A stretch of 64,000 bases of DNA from Chrysomallon squamiferum (taxonomy: Eukaryota > Animalia > Mollusca). Shown piece after piece: positions 57,049 through 64,000 of the stretch (position 1 is the stretch's first letter; every line of letters starts with the position of its first letter). Made by a program: the position numbers and the translations under genes. The stretch covers positions 11,656,001 to 11,720,000 of the forward strand of contig CM022667.1 in assembly GCA_012295275.1 (NCBI GenBank), given 5' to 3'. The notes beneath the pieces were generated by a model that was not told the origin of the DNA, searched no databases, and saw nothing but the letters and a program-made list of their open reading frames with translations.

Positions 57049-58848
57049 CTGATAAAATATATTTTAAAAAAACCCACATAATAATAATAATAAATAAATA
57101 ATTATATAATGTAAGGCGTTTTCCAACGAACAAATGTGCATTTTCGGATCGAATTTCAGTTCCATTCCTTGAATACCAATAAAGTTCCGTTAGTTCAGTT
57201 TACGACCAATGAACAACTAGACACCGCATCTGAATGCTGGTTACGCCTTTTTGCATCATCTAGCTGGATACACGTGAGATCACTTTCACACACACACACA
57301 CAAAAAAAAATATATATATATATATCCGGGATCTTTTCTTAATCATGCCTTCTATTTTGATCTAAGATTTAAAATAGTTTTTAGAGACGTTTCTTCTCAA
57401 CGAAGGTTGGTGGGATGCTAGGATCGTCTCCCAACAGTTCGCTCTATTACAAGTTTGATGTTAGCAATTAATTACATTATACCAGACAAATGAAGTCGTT
57501 TCTAGACATTTCCTTCTGTTATTCATAATTAATTACATTAAACCAAATATTTAAATAAACTAAACTGTTTATATATTTCATGCTCCAGATAAGTTTCACC
57601 TTACATCTGAAATGCTGATGGAAAAATGTAACATAGACCGTGGATTTATGTACAGATCTACTTTAACACACATTAATTTAATAATGAAAAACATCTACGA
57701 CGTATGGTTTTACTTGACTGCATAATACGAAAAGGTTACGTATGTTTGATTTAGAAGACAAATATAGATTGGAACCTTCACCGTCGGTGCATGTCGATAT
57801 AACAGCTTTTTTTACTTATGTTTATTTATATACAATAAATTTCGTCAACTGGAGATTCATACACGTTTGTTATGGGCTGTCATGTAAAGACTATAGCGTA
57901 ATTCAGTGTAAATTAGTGCTTTATAAGACTAGCTAGAATAAACAACAGTTATTTTTCAACGTCTACGCTCTACACAGTATTTATAATTTTAACTGGACAC
58001 TTTTTTTTTTTTTTTCAATCATTTTTAAACAGTGTAAAGAAAGTTCGTTATAAATGCACTCGAGACAAACTGTTTCAGTCATTATAGTCCATGGTAAAAG
58101 CTAGAATGAAAAAAAAAAAACAAAAAAAAAAAAAACGAGATATCATACATCTTTACTATCTCAGTTATTACTATATTCGTCTCCGTCAGATTTTTTTCAC
58201 TCAATCTAATAGACTGGTATCATAACGTCCCTGTCACCGTGTCTGACGTCTGACGTGGTCACCTGTGAGGATAATGTCGATATCTATCACGTCGTCGCTA
58301 TCTCGTGAAGTTTGTTAATGCAAGAAACTCTTCAAATTCAGCTATCTGGGGTTTCAGTTAATAGTCTGGCTTTAATCATCTCACGTTCATTACTGAGAAA
58401 TGCTCTTGAGTCGTGCTGGTTAATAACGTGGATACGTTTTTTTGTAGGCTTTCTCTCAAAAACAGTGTAAATAACACATACACGCAAACGCACGCACGTT
58501 TTTTTTTTTTTTTTTTTTTTTTTGTTCTTGGATATTAACATTTTGGTGGAATCGTTATTTCTTTCTTTTTTTTTTTTTTAATTTATTAATTAAAATATTA
58601 TCATCAGCATATACAAATACATATGTATTATTTATTTATTTATTAGTAACATAACGAGAAAGATTAGCTAAGTGTTGTCATCATCATCATCATTATTATT
58701 TTATTATAGTCAGTAAAAAATATATATATATATATAATATGTATATAATATATGACAAAATAAAGTAATAAGATAGTGATATAGATACTCATACAGACAA
58801 ACAAGCTAACAGACAGATATGCTGTAATGTTTCATTATTATTATTATT

Positions 58849-58906
<58 letters not shown>

Positions 58907-59264
58907 TTGTGTTATTTTGTCATTTTAATTATTATTATTATTAAATTTAATTCCCATTCTTCGTCTTTTTCAAAATTTAATTAATAGTCACGTCACACGA
59001 TTTCATCTGCATATTCAAAATTATTAGTTGTTAATAAGGATGCATCTGTTTCTGATTAAACTTGCTGGGTTTAGTATACCTATTTGTACTTGAATGTTAT
59101 GTAAACTTTACACATACTTTTTTCTCTCTCTCTTTCGTTCTTTTTTTTTTTTTTTTTTTTTTCTTATTTTCATTATTATGTTTACAAACGATAAGATGGT
59201 GTAATAACATCGACCAGCACCAGGAACCCCTGCAACGCGGGACAACCATTGCAAAATGTGTCAG

Positions 59265-59503
59265 TGACGTCACGCACGCGCTATCGGGCAAGACGATAAA
59301 GATAACTCTAGAGAGATTTTCTTGGCACGTATTTGAACAATCTCTGAGTGTACGACGCGGTTTTTACTGAGTAATACCGCTGAAGGGGAGAAACGAGAGA
59401 GAAACCAAAAATCAATACTTCAATTTGATTGGCTGCTGTTGGAAAAGCACGTGATGCAGTTCGTGTTGTTCGTCTGCTACTCGTACACCGTGGAGTTATA
59501 AAA
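59265..59503 (+). promoter_or_regulatory. Promoter of the RGK-like gene: CRE, inverted CCAAT, E-box, TATA
   Basis: TGACGTCA 59265-59272, ATTGG 59428-59432, CACGTG 59448-59453, TATAAAA 59497-59503, in typical order upstream of ATG 59720. Confidence 0.65.
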
Positions 59504-59719
59504 GTGTGGACTTCTGTGAGGTCTGTAGTAAATCTAAAGCGTTCGATATAAAGTGTGTATCGTACAGAGAAAGAAAAAAAAATATATATATATATATACA
59601 TAATCATCAAAGGAGATTGATATACACGTGTTTTAAAACTGTGACTTAAGCAAGCTACAGAGGAATCGTGTTGATACATTTATAAACTGTATACAGAAAG
59701 AAAAAAAAAACCTTTCATT

Positions 59720-60284
59720 ATGGGAACTCTGCATCAAGACAGTTCGGAATCACTACCAGACACAAGATTTCTTCAAGTGTCGCCGTTGAGGGGTGGGACG
59801 ATGTCTGCCCCGCACTCGAGGTCGTGTTCCTTCAAGAATCGACCACGTCCGAAACTCGAACTGGACATTATCCGCGACCCCAGACCTCGAACCAACAGCG
59901 TCCCCAACTGCCCCGTCTTCCTGTCCCTTCCAGAAGGCATCCGCAGAGACCCGTCCAAAGAGAGCATCAACAGCAACGGCCTCTGCAGAGTCAGATCGTT
60001 CAAGACGACGTCGAAAGGCGTCGTCAACCACGGCGACATCCTGAAGAAAAGCAGCGCCAACAGTCTGATGTCGACGGGCAGTGCCGTTACCGACGGGGAG
60101 AAGAAGGAGAAACAGAGAACTGTCAGCGTAGCCTCGGCCGAAAGCGGCGGCGTTAGCGGAGGGTCGTCCACGGTGCCGAGTTACTTCAGAGTCGTCATCC
60201 TCGGAAGTACGGGCGTCGGCAAGACGGCGCTCACGAGACAGTTCATGACGTCGGAAAGCGCTGGGCCTTATGAAGTTCATACAC
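59720..60284 (+). CDS. RGK-family (Rad/Gem/Rem-like) small GTPase, first coding exon only
   Basis: GC-rich ORF with a long Ser-rich N-terminal extension (RTNSVP 14-3-3-type motif, RVRSF, VVNHGD). Then FRVVILGSTGVGKTALTRQFMTSE, a P-loop plus the QFMTS motif typical of invertebrate RGKs. Probable donor C|GTAGTT at 60285. Later exons were not recognised in the window. Confidence 0.85.
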
Positions 60285-60288
60285 GTAG

Positions 60289-60319
<31 letters not shown>

Positions 60320-60812
60320 TTTTTTAATTTTATTATGTTAAAGTATTTGTCATATTATTTATGGGTTGTTTTTTTTTGGTGTTTTCCTATATAATATTGT
60401 AAGCAATGTTGTTACATAACTATTGTCACACACGCAAGCAGAGAAACACAAACAAATATTAATAAGCAGCGTAAAACACAAGCGGCTCACGCACGTGCAC
60501 ACACGTTTAACCTATTCAGGTTCTGATACTGTAAGGTGAAGAAACATCGCACGCTGGTAAAATAAATTTAAAAATAAAAAGATAAAATTTCTCTCATCAT
60601 CACGTTAGAAATAATAATCTGTCTCCTATCACTTATCCTTGAATGCAAATCTGCCCTGCCCCGAGTTACATGACTTACATCTTGTCTCTCTGGCTTTTCG
60701 TGATGACGTCACTTCACGTGAACTGAGATACTTTGTTAGTTGTCAAAGTTAGTTTCTAAAAATAGTGCTGACCGATTACATGAATTTACCCTGATCTAAA
60801 TATCATAGTTTG

Positions 60813-60885
<73 letters not shown>

Positions 60886-62882
60886 TTTAAAAATTTAATA
60901 TTAAAATTTAATTGTATTTTAAATATATATTTCATTACAAAACTGAAAATAACACTGATCTGTTTCTCAGCATTAAAAGAACTGTAGTATAAGTACCATT
61001 AATTCCACTGTTATTGCAGCTGCTGTTACTACTTTTACTACAGCTACTACTGAATGATTGTATAAGTGACTGTCGAAGTAGCTGTGGTAGCAGAACTAGC
61101 AATTATTGTACATGTAGTTGTAGTGGTATTAACAGCAGCCGTGGTGGTGGAAGTGTATCATTATGTTGTGGCAGTAGAATTTGTCACGACAATAACAGTA
61201 ATACGATACATATTAAAAAAAAAAAAAATTATACGTACATTCACTAGCCTTCAAACGCATATACCACGTACTTCGTGTATAATGACTAGACAAAGAAAGA
61301 AAATGAAAAACAACAGCGCTAATACGAAGAACTAAATTAATAAAGACCGTACTCAAATTCGATCATGCATATGTCTGAGAAATATCAATATTTAACCGCA
61401 ATGCTTTGCGCTAGCAAACTGTGACAAACTCTGCTACTGACAACAATATATTCTCCTCGCATCTAACTCGGGGAGAAAGCAATGGAAAACACACATCAGG
61501 AAAAACACTCTACATTCACTGTAGATGTACTACACACTTGAATGTTATTTTCGTTGGCTGTCTTGCCTGCTTGTGTTATCAATAAATTTTGTTCCTCAAG
61601 CATAGCCCGTCAACGGTGATGAATATAGAACTATTATTATTATTATTATTATTATTATTGTTATTATCTCTGGCTGCAGAACGAGTATTTGAAGATCTCG
61701 TTGACTATGTGTGGGATTCCGCCCTAACTCTCTCGTCTTCAAAGTATTTCTTCAGTGATATGTATTCCTTACATTGGTAACTCAGCTATGCATTCCGTCT
61801 TTCAGTCTCGTTATCGAGTTGTTAAAATAAACATATGGTGCTTTGAGATAACAACAATGTATTTCTGTAGTTTTCGTAGTTCTTGTATGGCATCAACAAA
61901 TTAACAGACATTCCTTGTGATATTCAGTGAAACAGTGTTCTGGTACAGGATATCTTTTCTAACATTCATCTAATAAGATATTCAATTTAAATATCGTCAT
62001 ATAGAACATCCATTTTTAACAGTTTTATTCGTCAAATTCTCGTATGAAGTTTAAATTACGTAATTCTCAATAAAACAATTCGAATATTATATAAACATCC
62101 ACAAATATACATACATTACAGAAAAACACATACACACACACATACACATATAATTTTCTTTCGACTATCCATTTGTCAGTCTTTCTCTCTCTCTTTCTCT
62201 CTCTATCTCTCTTTCTTTCTCACTGTTTCTCTGTCTCTCTCTCTCTCTCTATTTTCCTGTCTCTTTCTCTGTCTGTACATTTCTCACTCTCTCTCTCTCC
62301 GTTTAACTGTATATACTCCGTATGATATATGCTGTTAAAATAATATAAATGACATTATCATCAAGTAAACATAATACAACCATAGTATGTAATAACCATA
62401 ATCTGATTATTATATACGAAATATTTTCTCAGACAAAATCTTTCCTATCTGTGTAATTTCTGTGTTAACTGTTAAGTAATAAAACGCAACAAACATTATC
62501 TATCAAAAGGAGGAGAATGATGAAATCCCATGGAATGTTGCAGAGAGAAAAAAAAATGTAGATATAAATAGAACAAAGAACACATTCCATTGTTATAAAT
62601 ACTTGATACCTGTCAGTACGTAGTGTTGTGCGATTCACTGTTGCAGCAAGCACGTGTATATGATATACGTAGAATATAATTTATATATATTGTTATATAG
62701 GTATTTGAAGGTGTGTTTATGTGTGTGTATTTAGTTCATGTTTATGTGTGTATGTGTGTGTGTGTGTGTTCTTGTAGCCATATACACGTACAAACATCTA
62801 AAATATCAAATAACTTTATATATATATATATACATAAATAGTATAGCCAGTAGCATGAAACAATAGCAAACCATTTATTATC

Positions 62883-62943
<61 letters not shown>

Positions 62944-64000
62944 AAGGTGAATATGTATGCGTTTTACATGTTCACAGTGTGTATAAAACCACATCTCTAT
63001 TAGTCATCACCAAACAATACACTGAGAGTGACATACAAACAAGCGTATTGTAACAAACGAAGATCAGAAAATGAGACTGACGTAATTTCGTAGATGGCTT
63101 TCTTCAGATCTCAATATATCGAAATTTGACTCAGATTCAGAACCATATCTTTTTTATTTTTACTATTTTCTTCTTATTTTCATTATTATTATTATTATTA
63201 TTATTATTGTGTTGTTGTTGTTTTTGTTGTAATTATTATTATTACTATTTATATTATTATTATTGTTTTATTATTATTATTATTATTACTGTTGTTGTTG
63301 TTCTTGTTATTGTTAGTTGTTATTGTTATTGTTATTATTATCGTTATTTTATTTATTTATTTATTTTATTTTATTTTTTTTTCATATATATTTTACAAAT
63401 ACATACAAAAATCGTTCCCCACCATGTTTTGCGCACATGAAAGGCTAAAAATAGACATGAGTACTGCAGCTGCGTGTGTTTTCACTGACAAATGTATTTA
63501 CCAAACACTCGCGTGGTAGACACAAAACAGTTACTTCTTTTGTTGTGGTACGCAAACCCAAACAAACAATAGCGCTTCTGGTAAGAATTAAAACAACAAA
63601 GAAAGATTAAGGCGTGATTAATCGTGATTTGTCACTGTTTTACTGCCACCATTTTCACGTTAATTTTTCGTTTTGATGATGATGTCATCGTTGTTGTTCG
63701 TGCTGATAATGTTCTCGTAGTTGTTGCTGTTGCTACTGTGCTGCCGGTATTGCTGTCGGTGTTATTCTCGTTGTTCCTCTTGTTTTTATTTTATTTATGT
63801 ATTTATTTATTTATTATTAGTAGTAGTAGTAGTAGTAGCAGCAGTAGTAATAGTACTAGTATTGTTGTTTTTAGACTGCTGTTGTTCTAGGTGCTGTTAT
63901 CGCTGTTGCTGATGTCTTATGTTTATAAAAGAGTTCTGTATAAATACATAGATATTCCCCGTTTTGTTATTACATATCGATAGCAAAAACAGTGATATTC

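Noticed and set aside
56915-57052. Plus-strand hydrophobic stretch INAVVGVVAVIINVAFVVLITISVNARRTLTP resembling GPCR TM1
   Set aside because: It is flanked by in-frame stops and is the expected antisense of Asp/Glu/Cys codons. The minus-strand reading has a proper acceptor and a homolog inside the window.
59753-60280. Overlapping antisense and alternate-frame ORFs
   Set aside because: By-products of the GC-rich RGK exon, with no independent motifs.
61680-61780. Possible RGK exon 2 (ERVFEDLVDYVWDS...)
   Set aside because: No switch/G3-region similarity to Ras-family proteins; the true next exon probably lies beyond the window.

Overview
This is AT-rich, microsatellite-dense eukaryotic DNA with spliceosomal introns. 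It is most likely from a gastropod mollusc, inferred from a lustrin-type Cys domain, perlwapin-like WAP domains and a cvSI-like inhibitor. Most ORFs in the supplied track are microsatellite artefacts; the real genes were rebuilt by hand from splice sites. Left to right: (1) a ~2.9 kb G/T-rich satellite; (2) a same-strand cluster of three small secreted Cys-rich genes: gene A, cvSI/I84-like with three modules; gene B, Asn/Gly-rich plus a very acidic 6-Cys WAP-derived domain; gene C, with a CIRAPC module, a lustrin domain, two WAP domains and a GC-AG intron; (3) a complete 12-exon PIGU; (4) two convergent FAM92/CIBAR paralogs that both keep a U12-type intron followed by a 6-nt microexon; (5) a CpG-rich 12 kb interval holding a lone, probably frameshifted exon homologous to gene B; (6) the first coding exon of an RGK-family GTPase surrounded by E-box, CRE and D-box motifs. 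The best candidate for an undescribed system is the secreted cluster, especially the acidic WAP-derived family that lacks exactly one disulfide pair and lies beside a basic lustrin/WAP protein. All calls are by eye; no database searches were run.
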